Below are positions 18,371-31,000 of a stretch of 64,000 nucleotides of DNA, one piece after another. Below the pieces are notes generated by a model. That model was not told the DNA's origin and ran no database searches. It saw only the letters and a list, made by a program, of their open reading frames with translations. Origin of the DNA: an uncultured delta proteobacterium (GTDB taxonomy: Bacteria > Myxococcota_A > Polyangia > Palsa-1104); the NCBI GenBank assembly GCA_963785725.1, contig CAWAWS010000039.1, positions 384,001 through 448,000 on the forward strand. Direction: 5' to 3'. Numbering within the stretch: position 1 is the first letter of the stretch; every line of letters begins with the position of its first letter. The translations under genes were made by a program, and so were the position numbers.

Positions 18371-19510
18371 ATGACCCGCCCGATCCCGCCCGCCGCGCTG
18401 CAGCTTCGTTCGCTCGTCAAGCCCTCGGGTGAGCTCGAGGTGTCGCTGGCCGAGGTCGAGACGCCGACGCCGGACACGCATGAAGTGGTCGTGCGCATCG
18501 ACGCGTCGCCGATCAATCCGTCGGACATCGGGCTCTTGTTCGCGGCGATCGATCCGCTGGCGGCCAAGATCGCGGGCACGTCCGCGCGGCCGATCTTGAC
18601 CGGCCCGCTGTCGGCGGGCGCGCTGAAGGCGCTCGCCGGCCGCGTCGGCGTGCCGATGCCGGTCGGCAACGAAGGCGCCGGTCGCGTCGTCGCCGCCGGC
18701 ACGTCGGAGGCGGCGCAGGCGCTCGTCGGCAAGTTGGTGGCGGTGTCGGGCGGCGGGATGTACGCGCAATATCGCTGCCTGCCGATCGAGCAGTGCCTGC
18801 TCTTGCCCGACGACGTGACGGCGGCCGAGGGCGCGGCGGCGTTCGTCAACCCGCTGACCGTGCTCGGCATGGTGGAGACGATGCGCCGCGAGGGCCACAC
18901 GGCGCTGGTGCACACGGCGGCGACCTCGAACGTCGGGCAGATGCTGGTGCGGCTGTGCCGCGACGACGAGATCCCGCTGGTCAACATCGTGCGCAAGCCG
19001 GAGCAGGTGGCGCAGCTGCGCGAGCTGGGCGCGCAATTCGTTTGCGACTCGAGCGCGCCGACGTTCCTGGCCGAGCTGACCGAGGCGCTGGCGCAGACCG
19101 GCGCGACGCTGGCGTTCGACGCCACCGGCGGCGGCAAGCTGGCCGGGCAGATTCTCGGCTGCATGGAGGCGGCGCAGAGCCGCAACGCCAAAGCCTACAG
19201 CCGCTACGGCTCCACGACGCACAAGCAGGTCTACATCTACGGCGGCCTCGACAGCGGGCCGACCGAGCTGGTCCGCAACTTCGGCATGGCGTGGGGCATC
19301 GGCGGCTGGCTCGTGTTCCCGTTCTTGCAGAAGCTGGGCGCGGCGGCGACGGAGCTCTTGAAGCGGCGGGTCGTGGCCGAGCTGAAGACGACGTTCGCGA
19401 CGACGTATGCGCGCGAAATTTCGCTGGCCGAGGTGCTGTCGAAGGAGGCGATCGCCGTCTACGCCAAGCGCACGACGGGCCAGAAGTTCCTGGTCAACCC
19501 CAACAAGTAA
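18371..19510 (+). CDS. Medium-chain (zinc-binding family) dehydrogenase/NADH oxidoreductase
   Basis: ASPINPSD, GNEGAG, FVNPLT, HTAA-SNVG and AFDATGGG motifs. Confidence 0.9.
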   Translation: MTRPIPPAALQLRSLVKPSGELEVSLAEVETPTPDTHEVVVRIDASPINPSDIGLLFAAIDPLAAKIAGTSARPILTGPLSAGALKALAGRVGVPMPVGNEGAGRVVAAGTSEAAQALVGKLVAVSGGGMYAQYRCLPIEQCLLLPDDVTAAEGAAAFVNPLTVLGMVETMRREGHTALVHTAATSNVGQMLVRLCRDDEIPLVNIVRKPEQVAQLRELGAQFVCDSSAPTFLAELTEALAQTGATLAFDATGGGKLAGQILGCMEAAQSRNAKAYSRYGSTTHKQVYIYGGLDSGPTELVRNFGMAWGIGGWLVFPFLQKLGAAATELLKRRVVAELKTTFATTYAREISLAEVLSKEAIAVYAKRTTGQKFLVNPNK

Positions 19511-19522
19511 ACGAGTGTTTAC

Positions 19523-21351
19523 TTAGGCGCTGGCGATGGTCGTCGCCGGCGCCGCGGCCGGGCGCGGGTCGCGGAATTGGCGGCGGTGCAGGTCGGCGTA
19601 GACGCCGCCGTGGGCGATGAGCTCGTCGTGGCGGCCGCGCTCGACGACGCGGCCGTTGTCGAGCACGAGGATGAGGTCGGCGTTGCGAATCGTCGACAGG
19701 CGGTGCGCGATGACGACGCTGGTGCGCCCCGAAAGCAGCGTCCCCAGCGCCTTTTGGATGACCGCTTCGGTGCGCGTGTCGATGTTGGCCGTGGCTTCGT
19801 CGAGGATGAGGATGCGCGGGTTGGCGAGCACGGCGCGGGCGAAGGCGAGCAGCTGGCGCTGGCCTTGGCTGAGCGTGATGCCGCCTTCGCCCAGCGGGTG
19901 TCGTAGCCGCCGGGCAAGGCGCGATGAAGTCGTGCGCGTCGACGGCGCGGGCGGCGGCTTCGACCTCGGCGCGCGGCGCGTCGGGGCGGCCGTAGGCGAT
20001 GTTGTCGGCGATGCTGCCGGAGAATAGGAACGGCTCCTGCAGCACCATCGCCAGCTGCGAGCGCAGGCTCTTGCGCGTGACCGAGCGGACGTCGTGGCCG
20101 TCGACGCGCACGACGCCGGCCGACGACGTCGTAGAAGCGCGGGATGAGGCTGGCGAGCGTCGTCTTGCCGGCGCCGGTCTTGCCGACGAGGGCGATGGTC
20201 TGGCCGGGCGCCGCTTCGAAGCTGACGTCGCGCAACACCGGATGCGCGGGGTCGTAAGCGAAGGAGACGTTCTCGACGCTGATGCGGCCTTCCAGCCGTC
20301 CGAGCACGGCGGCGTCGGCGGCGTCGGCGCGGCTCGCGCGTCTCGTCGAGGATGCTGTAGATGCGCTCGGAGCCGGCCAGCGCCGACTGCATGAGCGTGT
20401 ACACCGACGCCGCCAGCTGCACCGGGCCGGAAGAAGCTGCTGCACGTAGATGAGGAACGCCGCCAAGAGGCCGATCGTGAGCCGATTGCGCGAGCACCAG
20501 ATGGCCGCCGTAGCCGATGACGAGCGCGATCGACAGCGTCGAAAGATGTCGATGGCGGGCGAGAACGCGCTGGTGATGCCGACGGCGGCTGACGTTGGCG
20601 TCGCGGTTGGCGGCGTTGCGCTGGCGGAACTTCTGGATGTTGACGGCGGTGCGGTTGAACGCCTGCGCCTGGCGCACGCCGACGATCTCCTCCTGCAGGT
20701 CGGCGGTGACGTTGCCGACGGTCTCGCGCGTCTTGCGGAAGGCGGCGCGGGCGCGCGCGGCGAAGAACGCCGTCATCAGCAGCATCGCCGGGATGATCGC
20801 GTAAGCAGACGAGCGCCAAGCGCCAATTGAGGACGAGCATGGCGCCCAAGATGCCGACGAGGCCGAGCAGCGCGCCCAGGAGCTGCGTCAGACCTTGCGA
20901 GAACAGCTGATTGAGCGTGTCGACGTCGGACGAGAAGGCGGCTCATCAGATCGCCGACCGGCCGCTTGTCGAACCAGGCCAGCGGCAGCGCCTGCAACTG
21001 CGCGAACAGCCGCGCGCGCAGCGACGCCAAGAGGTGCTGGCCGGTCATGCCGACGCGGCGCGTTTGCGCGCGCTGCGCCAGCGCGCCGCCGACGTAGACG
21101 ACGAGCATGAGGCCGATCATGCGCATGAGCAGCGGCGGATTGTCGGAGCGCGATGGCGCGATCGATGGTGCGGCCGACGAGCCACGGGCCCGCCGCCTGC
21201 GCGCCGGCGTTGACGAGCACGTAGCCGAGCGCCGCGAACAGCATCGACTTCCACGGCGCCAACTCACCGACGAGCCGGCGCGCCGTCGCCGCGCGGTTGC
21301 GGGCGCGCTTCTCGTCCTGCGACGCCATCACCTCGAGCGAGCCTTGCCACC

Positions 21352-21355
<4 letters not shown>
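19523..21355 (-). pseudogene. ABC exporter permease/ATP-binding subunit B, multiply frameshifted (pseudogene or sequencing error)
   Basis: Fragments in three frames: TM domain, GKTGAGKTT Walker A, LSQGQRQ signature and ILILDEAT Walker B. ATG 21355 overlaps the upstream stop. Confidence 0.8.
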
Positions 21356-23167
<1,812 letters not shown>

Positions 23168-23189
23168 CGTAGTAGCGACTATACCCGAG

Positions 23190-23312
23190 GCCGGCGGGCG
23201 TGAGCCGCCCGATCGCCGCGTTGTCGCTGCGGTCCGCTGCTCACGCACCAAAGCGTGCGCTCCGCTGCGGTCCTCGCTCCGCCTTGCGCTCGGGCCGCTC
23301 ACGCCCGCCGGC
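23190..23312. repeat. 123-bp palindromic MITE/ERIC-like element
   Basis: Terminal inverted repeats 23190-23212 and 23290-23312 match 22/23; central hairpin cgcac-caaagc-gtgcg. Confidence 0.7.
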
Positions 23313-23355
23313 TAGCGCCGGTCGGCGACGCTATCGGGGAGGGTGCGTGTGGCGG

Positions 23356-23859
23356 CTACCTCTGACCTTCGGACACGCGGCGCATGCTGTCGACGATCGC
23401 CAGCGCGCAGCCGGGGAAGATGCCGAACTGGATCTCGGGATGATGGCGCAGGAAATACTTGGCCAGCCAGCCGAGCGAGAGCGCGTCGAACCAGATGCCG
23501 GCCTTGACGCGCGTGTGGCCGGCGTCGGTGTCCTCGAGGTCGAAGCGAATGCGCAGGCCTTTGGGCTCGCCGGCGACCCAGTTCAGCTCGAGCCAGCGCT
23601 CGTGCTCCATGGTCAGCGCGCAGGTGAACTCGAAGCCGACCGAGACGAGCGAAATCTTGAAGCGCAGGTGGACGGTGACGCGGTCGCCTTGGCGCTTGAC
23701 CTTGTCGAGCATGGGAACGACGCCGGCGTAGCCGTCGAGGTTGGCGATGACGCTCCACACGCGCGAGCGCGGCGCTTCGATGTCGGCGACGGCGACGGAG
23801 CCGATGGGCTTGCCGGCGTGATCGAGGTCGACGGTCACGATCGGCTTCACATGCTCCAT
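23356..23859 (-). CDS. SRPBCC (START-like/polyketide cyclase) family protein
   Basis: ADIEAP---VWSVI-NLDGY--VVP N-terminal SRPBCC pattern. Confidence 0.75.
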   Translation of the reverse strand: MEHVKPIVTVDLDHAGKPIGSVAVADIEAPRSRVWSVIANLDGYAGVVPMLDKVKRQGDRVTVHLRFKISLVSVGFEFTCALTMEHERWLELNWVAGEPKGLRIRFDLEDTDAGHTRVKAGIWFDALSLGWLAKYFLRHHPEIQFGIFPGCALAIVDSMRRVSEGQR

Positions 23860-23893
23860 TGCGCGAGGGTGCCACACCTCGGCGCGGCGCGCG

Positions 23894-24049
23894 TCACGGA
23901 TCGACATGCGTGGCGATTCCTTGGTTGAGGACGAGGTTGGTCCACGCCGGCAGCGCCGCGCCGGCGACGGTCGCGGACGAGGCGCGGTCGGAGCTGCAGG
24001 CGGGTGCGGCTGCGACGGCGAGATTGAAGGCGCGGGCGAGGTGTTTCAT
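23894..24049 (-). CDS. Small (51 aa) hypothetical, possibly a lipoprotein or truncated gene
   Basis: Strong GGAGGAG RBS 4 nt before the ATG; MKHLARAFNLAVAAAPACSS resembles a weak lipoprotein signal. Confidence 0.4.
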   Translation of the reverse strand: MKHLARAFNLAVAAAPACSSDRASSATVAGAALPAWTNLVLNQGIATHVDP

Positions 24050-24090
24050 GACGCTCCTCCGGTCGCTGCGCGTGGTGTCGGATACGCGGG

Positions 24091-24121
24091 TGACCATAGG
24101 TCAGTGACTGGCGGTCAGTCA
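24091..24121. promoter_or_regulatory. Tandem palindromic operator-like sites
   Basis: TGACC-ATA-GGTCA (24091-24103) and TGACTG-GCGGT-CAGTCA (24105-24121), upstream of the small ORF/SRPBCC genes; TetR-operator-like. Confidence 0.55.
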
Positions 24122-24225
24122 ATCGCAAATTGGGATCGGCGGTGGGCCGGCGCGGCGATGGGCGACGGGTGGGCGCGGTCGCTGCGTGCGGTGGTTGCGG
24201 CGGCGAGCGGTGACGGCGGCTTGCG

Positions 24226-24388
24226 GTTACGCGCGGTGCGGTTTGCGGCGGCGGCGGGTTTACGCGCGGTGCGGGTTTGCGGCGGTGGCGGCGGAGGGGT
24301 TTACGCGCGGTGCGGGTTTGCGGCGGGTGGCGGCGGAGGGGTTTACGCGCGGTGCGGGTTTGCGGCGGCGGAGGGGTTTACGCGCGGT
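24226..24388 (+). repeat. Degenerate G-rich tandem repeat, 5 units of about 33-42 bp
   Basis: Core (g)tttacgcgcggtgcgggtttgcggcgg repeated with a variable ggcggcgga extension. Confidence 0.85.
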
Positions 24389-24546
24389 TGCTGCGGCTTG
24401 GGCGGCGCGGCGACGGCGCGCGGGCGGGCTGTGCCCGCGCGCGCCGTCGCTTCGTCGGGCCGGCCAGCGGTGGATCGGGCCACGCCGGCGCTTGGTTTAT
24501 CGCGGGCCGGCGCTCGGAGCGCCGACGCACGCCCCCAACAGCAAGC

Positions 24547-24594
24547 GCTACGACGAGTAACGGTTCGCGCGTCGCCACGATGAGCGTGAATGCC
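24547..24594 (-). repeat. 48-bp repeat, left copy of an inverted pair with 31702-31749
   Basis: gctacgacgagtaacggttcgcgcgtcgccacgatgagcgtgaatgcc is 44/48 identical to the reverse complement of 31702-31749. Confidence 0.9.
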
Positions 24595-24669
24595 CGGACG
24601 CGCGAAGGCGCGATTGGCGCGCCGGCCACACGATGACCCGGGTGCGCCGGACTATGCGGCGACCCCGTG

Positions 24670-25344
24670 CTACGCGATGACGCCCGCCAGCAAGGTGTCG
24701 ACGAGCTGCACCATCAGCTCCGGCGTTATCGGCGCCGGCGTGACCAGCGTGCGGCACCACAACGGCCCGAGCAGCATGTCGGTCACGAGCCCTTGGTCGA
24801 CGTCCGCGCGCAGCTCGCCGCGCGCGATGCCGCGATTGAGCGCCTGATGGTACAGCTTGCACCGCTTGTACAGCGCCGCCTGCACAGGCTCCTGCAGCTC
24901 CTGATGCGTCGCCGCCTCGCGCACGAGAATCTGCAGGATCCGCCCGGCGCGCCCCATCATGACCTGCCGGCTGCGCTCGATGAGCAGCAGCAAATCGCCG
25001 CGCACGCTGCCCGTGTCCGGCGACTCGACGAGCAGCGCATACAGCGGCCACGCCGCCGCCGCCAGCAGCGCCGGCTTCGACGGCCAGCGGCGATAGATCG
25101 TCGTCTTGGCCACGCCCGCCGCGTTGGCGACGGCGTCGATGCTCAGCCCGCCGTAGCCGTGCTTCTCCAATAGATCGAGCGCCGCGCCGAGGATGGCGGC
25201 GTCCGCATCTTCGTCGCGCGGCCGACCGGCGCCGGCGCGCGCGCCGCCCCGTCGCGGCTGCGGTGGCTTCTTCTTTGTCGCTTTGTGGCGCAATTTCGAG
25301 ATCACTTGTATCACGACGCCGTTCCATGTCAACAGCGACGACAA
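24670..25344 (-). CDS. TetR/AcrR family transcriptional regulator
   Basis: GRPRD...ILGAALDLL...SIDAVANAAGVAKTTIYRRWPSK HTH. True start is probably a GTG somewhat downstream of 25344. Confidence 0.92.
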   Translation of the reverse strand: MSSLLTWNGVVIQVISKLRHKATKKKPPQPRRGGARAGAGRPRDEDADAAILGAALDLLEKHGYGGLSIDAVANAAGVAKTTIYRRWPSKPALLAAAAWPLYALLVESPDTGSVRGDLLLLIERSRQVMMGRAGRILQILVREAATHQELQEPVQAALYKRCKLYHQALNRGIARGELRADVDQGLVTDMLLGPLWCRTLVTPAPITPELMVQLVDTLLAGVIA

Positions 25345-25414
25345 ACATGTTTCGTATACGATGATTTAGGAACTATCAGTTGCGTTTTCAATCGTGACGC
25401 TTTACAGATCGGGC

Positions 25415-26911
25415 ATGTCACGAACGACCCCAACGACCGCTGCCGCGACCGCGCTCGCGCTGCTCCTGACCGCCGCGCCCGCGCTGGCGCAACCGGGCGC
25501 GCACGGCGACAGCGGCACGCGCGCCGACGCCGCCGACGCGACGCTGCGGGCGCGCCTGACGACGCTCGTGGCGCGCCCCGCCGGCCTGCGCGCCGACGAC
25601 GTGGCCGCTCGCGCCGTCAAGACCAGCTTCGATCTGCGGCAGAAGCAGGCGGAGCTGACGGCGGCGGCGGCGAGCGTCGACCAGGCGCTCGTCGCCTACT
25701 TCCCGCGGCTGGCGCTGCTCGCGCGTTACGCGCGGCTGTCGTCGATCACGAACGAGAACTTGGGCAACGTCGTGCTCGCAGCGCAGCCGGGCCCGGCGCC
25801 GGCGCAGGGCGAGACCGTGGCGGTGCCGCTGGTGTTCCCGGCGCTCTTGAACCAGACGACGCTGCAGGCGAGCTTGACGGTGCCGCTGCTCGATTACGTG
25901 CTCAAGATTCCGGCGGTGCACGACGCGGCCAAGCATCAACGCGAGGCCGCCCGCTTCAGCGCCGAGGCCACGCGCCTGCAGATCGTCACCGACGCGCGCT
26001 CGGCGTATTATCAGTGGGCGCGGACACGGCTGCAGACGGTCGTGGCCGAGCAGGCGCTGGTGCAGGCGCGCGTCCATCTCGCCGACGCCCGCCGCGCCTT
26101 CGAGGTCGGTAACGCCAACAAAGCAGACGTCATGCGCGTTCAGGCGCAGACTGCGGCCAGCGAGCTGTTCCTCGAGCGGGCCAAGGATGCGGAGGCGGTG
26201 TGGGCGGTCGAGCTGCAGACGGCAATGCACGATGGCCAGCCGCCGAGCTACGAGATCGGCGAAGATCTGCGCGTGGACCTGCCGGCGATGCCGCTCGAAG
26301 GCCTGGACGCGCTCACCAACGAAGCCTGGAGCGCGCGTCGTGAAGTGCGCGTCTTGACCGAGAGCCTGCATGCGCAACAGGCGCAGACCAAAGCGACGCG
26401 CGCCGGCTGGCTGCCGCGCGTCGACGCCTTCGGTGACCTCCTGAGCGGCGATCCCAACCCGCGTTATTTCCCGCAAGTCGACCACTTTCGCTCGACCTGG
26501 GACGTGGGCGCGCAGCTGACCTGGAGCCCCAACGAAGCCGCCTCCGCCGAATATGGTGCGCGCGCGCAGCAGGCCAAAGCGGGCGCGATCGATGCCCAGC
26601 TCGGCCAGCTGCACGATCGCCTGCGCAACGAGATCATGCAGGCCTTGGCGTCGCTGCACGAGTCCGACTTCGCCGTGCAATCGACGGTGCGCGCGCTCGA
26701 CGCGTCCGAGGAATCCTATCGCGTGCGCCGCGATCTCTACGCCAACGGCCGCGCCACCAGCATCGAATTGACCGACGCCGAGACCGATCTGACGCAATCG
26801 CGTCTGAACGCCATCGGCGCCCGCATCGACCAGCGCGTCGCGCGCGTCCGCCTCGTGCACGCGCTCGGCCGCGACGCCGCCGGCGACGACAAAAACAAAT
26901 CGCAGGATTGA
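25415..26911 (+). CDS. TolC family outer-membrane efflux protein
   Basis: Signal peptide, two OEP-like repeats (YFPRLAL, WLPRVDA) and Y-NGRATSIEL-DAE. Confidence 0.9.
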   Translation: MSRTTPTTAAATALALLLTAAPALAQPGAHGDSGTRADAADATLRARLTTLVARPAGLRADDVAARAVKTSFDLRQKQAELTAAAASVDQALVAYFPRLALLARYARLSSITNENLGNVVLAAQPGPAPAQGETVAVPLVFPALLNQTTLQASLTVPLLDYVLKIPAVHDAAKHQREAARFSAEATRLQIVTDARSAYYQWARTRLQTVVAEQALVQARVHLADARRAFEVGNANKADVMRVQAQTAASELFLERAKDAEAVWAVELQTAMHDGQPPSYEIGEDLRVDLPAMPLEGLDALTNEAWSARREVRVLTESLHAQQAQTKATRAGWLPRVDAFGDLLSGDPNPRYFPQVDHFRSTWDVGAQLTWSPNEAASAEYGARAQQAKAGAIDAQLGQLHDRLRNEIMQALASLHESDFAVQSTVRALDASEESYRVRRDLYANGRATSIELTDAETDLTQSRLNAIGARIDQRVARVRLVHALGRDAAGDDKNKSQD

Positions 26912-26921
26912 AGGAGAGCCT

Positions 26922-28046
26922 ATGCGTATCCAGTGGAATGCTGTCGTCGTTTGCGCGGGATTGAGTCTCGCCGTCGGCTGTGGAAACAAAGAAGCGGCGG
27001 CGCCCAAGACGCCGACCGCCGTGCGCGTGCACGCCGTCGAGCGCTCGGCCTCGCGCAACGCCACGCGCTACTCGGCCACGATCAACCCGGCCTCGCGCGT
27101 CGACATGGCGTTCAAGGTCGGCGGCTACGTGCAGCGCGTCGGCACCGTCAAAGGCGTCGACGGCCGGCAGCGCCTGCTGCAAGAGGGCGATCACGTGAGC
27201 GCCGGCCAAGAGCTGGCGACCGTGCGCGCGGCCGATTACGATCAGAAATTGGCGGAGGCGCGCGCCAGCCTGGCCGAGGCGAAGGCCGCGCGCGAGCAGG
27301 CGCAGATCGACTTCGATCGCGCGTCGAAGCTGTCGGCGACCGAGAGCGTGTCCAAGGCCGAGCTCGACAACGCCCGCGTCAAGCTCGACACGGCGACCGC
27401 GCGCGCCGACGGGGCCAACGTGCGCGTCTCGGAAGCGCAGACGGCGCTCAACGACACGCGGCTGCGCGCGCCCATGAACGGCGTCGTCGCCAAGCGCAAC
27501 GTCGAGCTGGGGACGCTGGCGGCGCCGGGGACGATCGCGTTCTCGATCGTCGATACCTCGTCGGTGAAGGTGGTCTTCGGCGTGCCCGACACCGAGCTCG
27601 AGGCGCTGCGGCTGGGGACGCTGCAGACGGTGACGACGGAGGCCTATCGCGGCCGCGAGTTCATCGGGCACATCACGCGCATCGCGCCGGTCGCCGATCC
27701 GAAGAGCCGCGTGTTCGAGGTCGAAGTGACGCTCGACAACGCCGAGCAGGAGCTGAAGCCGGGCATGATCGCGGCGCTCAAGATCAGCGACTCGGGCGTG
27801 GCGCCGCCGCTGACGGTGCTGCCGCTCAACGCCGTCGTGCGCTCGCCCGGTCACGCCGGTCGCTTCGCCGTGTTCGTCGTCGATCCGCGCACCCAGCCGC
27901 CCGTCGTCAAGCTGCGCGAGGTCGAGCTCGGCGAATTCTTGGGCAACCAGATCCCGATTCGCGCCGGTCTCGGCGACGGCGATCGCGTAGTCGTGCAGGG
28001 CGCGACCCTCGTCAGCGACGGCGAGCAGGTGCAGGTGATCCCGTGA
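26922..28046 (+). CDS. RND efflux periplasmic adaptor (membrane fusion lipoprotein)
   Basis: AGGAG RBS, lipobox LAVGC, FKVGG, LRAPMNGVV and LKPGM motifs. Confidence 0.92.
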   Translation: MRIQWNAVVVCAGLSLAVGCGNKEAAAPKTPTAVRVHAVERSASRNATRYSATINPASRVDMAFKVGGYVQRVGTVKGVDGRQRLLQEGDHVSAGQELATVRAADYDQKLAEARASLAEAKAAREQAQIDFDRASKLSATESVSKAELDNARVKLDTATARADGANVRVSEAQTALNDTRLRAPMNGVVAKRNVELGTLAAPGTIAFSIVDTSSVKVVFGVPDTELEALRLGTLQTVTTEAYRGREFIGHITRIAPVADPKSRVFEVEVTLDNAEQELKPGMIAALKISDSGVAPPLTVLPLNAVVRSPGHAGRFAVFVVDPRTQPPVVKLREVELGEFLGNQIPIRAGLGDGDRVVVQGATLVSDGEQVQVIP

Positions 28047-31000
28047 GCGAGCCCGAAAACAAGCCGCACGGCGGGCACGAATCGGACGAAACGATCGTCG
28101 CCACGCATCGCAACACGGCGCGCTATTTCACCGAGACGCGGCAGGTCTCGTGGGTGCTGCTCGTCGGCACGGTGTTGTGGGGCATCTACGCGTACGTGCG
28201 CATGCCGAAGGCGAAAGATCCGCTGGTGCCGGTGCGCATCGCGGTCGCGACCTGCACGTGGCCGGGCGCGTCGGCGGAGAAGGTCGAGCAGCTCGTCACG
28301 CGCAAGATGGAGCAGAAGATCGCCGAATCCTCGAAGGTCGAGAAGATCGAGTCGATCTCGCGCACCAGCGTCTCGATCGTCTATGTGACGTTGAAGGAAG
28401 AGGTCGTCGATCGCGGCAAGGAGTTCGACGACATCAAGCTCAAGCTCGACAGCATTCGCGATCTACCGTCGGGCGCGCAGCCGATCAACTTCATCAAGGA
28501 CTTCGGCGATACGGCGGCGCTGCTCTTGACGGTGGCGAGCCCGAAAGTGGGCGACGTCGAGCTCGAGCTGCGGGCGCGCGCCATCAGCCACGCCATCACC
28601 GGCGTGCGCAACGGCGTGAACCAGGGACACGCGACGCTGATCGTGGCCTTTCCGCCGTCGATCAACTCGGCGCCGCTGCGTCGTGCCGGGCAAGAGGCGG
28701 CGCGCGCGCTCGGCGACGCGTCGGGCGCGGCGCGGCTCATCGAAGGCCCGGGTTTTCTCGGCATCGACTTGGAGACCACGCAGACCGACACGCAGCTCGT
28801 GCAAGGCCTGTTGCAGTTTGCGCGCGAGCGTTTGCGGCTGAGCGAGCTGCATCCCGACGTCTGGCGGCCGGTCGTCATTCGCGATCCGAAAGATGCCGTC
28901 AAGCAGCTGCAATCGGTCATCGGCGATCGCTACAGCTTCCGCCAGCTCGACGAATATACCGACACGATCCAGCGCTATTTGCAGACGGTGTCGCAGGTGT
29001 CGAAGGTGACGCGCTCGGGCGTGTTGCCGGAGCAGATCTACCTCGATTATTCGCAAGAGCGGCTGGCGGCGTACGGGCTGCAGCCGAATCAGCTCGGCGA
29101 CGTCTTGCAGGCGCGCAACATCACCGTTCCCGGCGGCAACGTCGAGATCGACGGCAAGAACGTCACCATCGATCCGTCGGGCGAGCTGCACTCGGAGACC
29201 GAGATCGGCGACATCCTCGTCGGCGGCGGCAGCGGCGATCAGCAGTATCTGCGCAACTTGGTCGAGGTCTCGCGCGACTATCAGAGCCCGGCGCGTTACC
29301 TGAATTTTCTCGACGTGCGCAACCCCGACGGCACGTTCACGCGCACGCGCGCCATCACGCTGGCCGTGCAGATGCGGCCGGGCGAGCAGATCGCCGACTT
29401 CGGCAACGCCGTCGACAAGCGGCTCGCGGACGTCAAGCGGCTGTTGCCGGAGGATCTGATCTTGCGGCGCACGAGCGATCAGCCGCTGCAAGTGCACGAG
29501 AACGTCGACCTGTTCATGTCGAGCCTGTACGAGGCGATCGCGCTCGTGGTCGTCGTCGGGCTCATCGGGTTCTGGGAGTGGCGTTCGGCGCTCCTCTTGG
29601 CGCTGTCGATTCCGATCACGCTGGCGATGACGTTCGGCTTCATGCACCTCCTCGGCATCGACATTCAGCAGATCTCGATCGCGTCGTTGATCTTGGCGCT
29701 CGGCCTGCTCGTCGATGATCCGGTCGTGGCCGGCGACGCCATCAAACGCTCGCTCGCCGACGGCTGGCGGCCGCTCGTCGCCGCCTGGCTCGGGCCGACC
29801 AAGCTGGCGACGGCGATCTTGTTCGCGACGATCACCAACATCGTCGCCTATCTGCCGCTGCTGGCGATCGGCGGCGACGTCGGGCAGTTCATCTTCACCT
29901 TGCCGGTCGTGCTCACGTGCTCTTTGATCGCGTCGCGCATCGTGTCGATGACGTTCATCCCGCTCATCGGCTACTACTTGCTGCGGCCGAGCAAGAAGCA
30001 CGAGCCGACGTTGGCCGAGCGCCGGCAGACCGGCTTTGGTCACTACTATTATCTCGCGGTCGGCTGGGCGATCGATCATCGCAAGTGGGTCTTGTCGGGC
30101 GCGTTCGTCATGCTCGTGCTCGGTTTTGCCGGCGCGCGCGGCTTGAAGACGGCGTTTTTCCCGCAAGATCTGTCGTATCTGTCCTACGTCGACGTGTGGC
30201 TGCCGGAGGACGCGCCCTTGTCGGCGACGCGCGACGTCGTCGAGAAGGCCGAGCACGTCATCATCGACACCGCGGCCAAATACGGCGCGGAGCACGGCGA
30301 GAAGGACGTGCTGACGTCGCTGACGTCGTTCGTCGGCGGCGGCGGGCCGCGCTTTTGGTTCTCGGTGTCGCCGGAGCAGCAGCAGCTCAATTACGCGCAG
30401 CTGATCATTCAGGTGAAGGACAAACACGACACGCCGCATATCGTGCCCGTGTTGCAGGCGGCGTTGTCGCGGCAGATCGCCAATGCGCGCTTGGACGTGC
30501 GGCAGCTCGAGAACGGCAAGCCGGTCGGCATTCCCGTGCAGATCCGCATCGCCGGCGACAACATGGACGAGCTGCGCGCGCTGGCCGAAGAGGTCAAGGC
30601 GACGCTGCGGGCGCAGCCGAACGCCGAGCGCGTGCGCGACGACTGGGGCGCCGAGACGTTCACGGTGGCGCTCGAGGTCGATCCCGATCGCGCGAATCTG
30701 GCGGGCGTGACCAACATGGACGTGGCGCTGTCGTCGGCGGTGGCGATGAACGGGCGCGCGCTGTCGTCGCTGCGCGAGAACGATCGGCAGATTCCCATCG
30801 TCGCGCGCTTGCGCGCCGAGGAGCGCGCGCAGCTCGACGACATCCAGAGCTTGTACGTGACGTCGCAGCACGGGCCGCAGAAGGTGCCGCTCGGGCAGGT
30901 GTCGCGCGTCGCCTATCGGCTAGAGACCGAGAAGATTCGCCGGCGCAATCAGTTTCGCACCATCACCGTCAGCTGCTTTCCCACGGCGGGCGTGCTGCCG

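Noticed and set aside
24226..24388. Possible CRISPR array
   Set aside because: Units are contiguous with no unique spacers, and there are no cas genes in the window.
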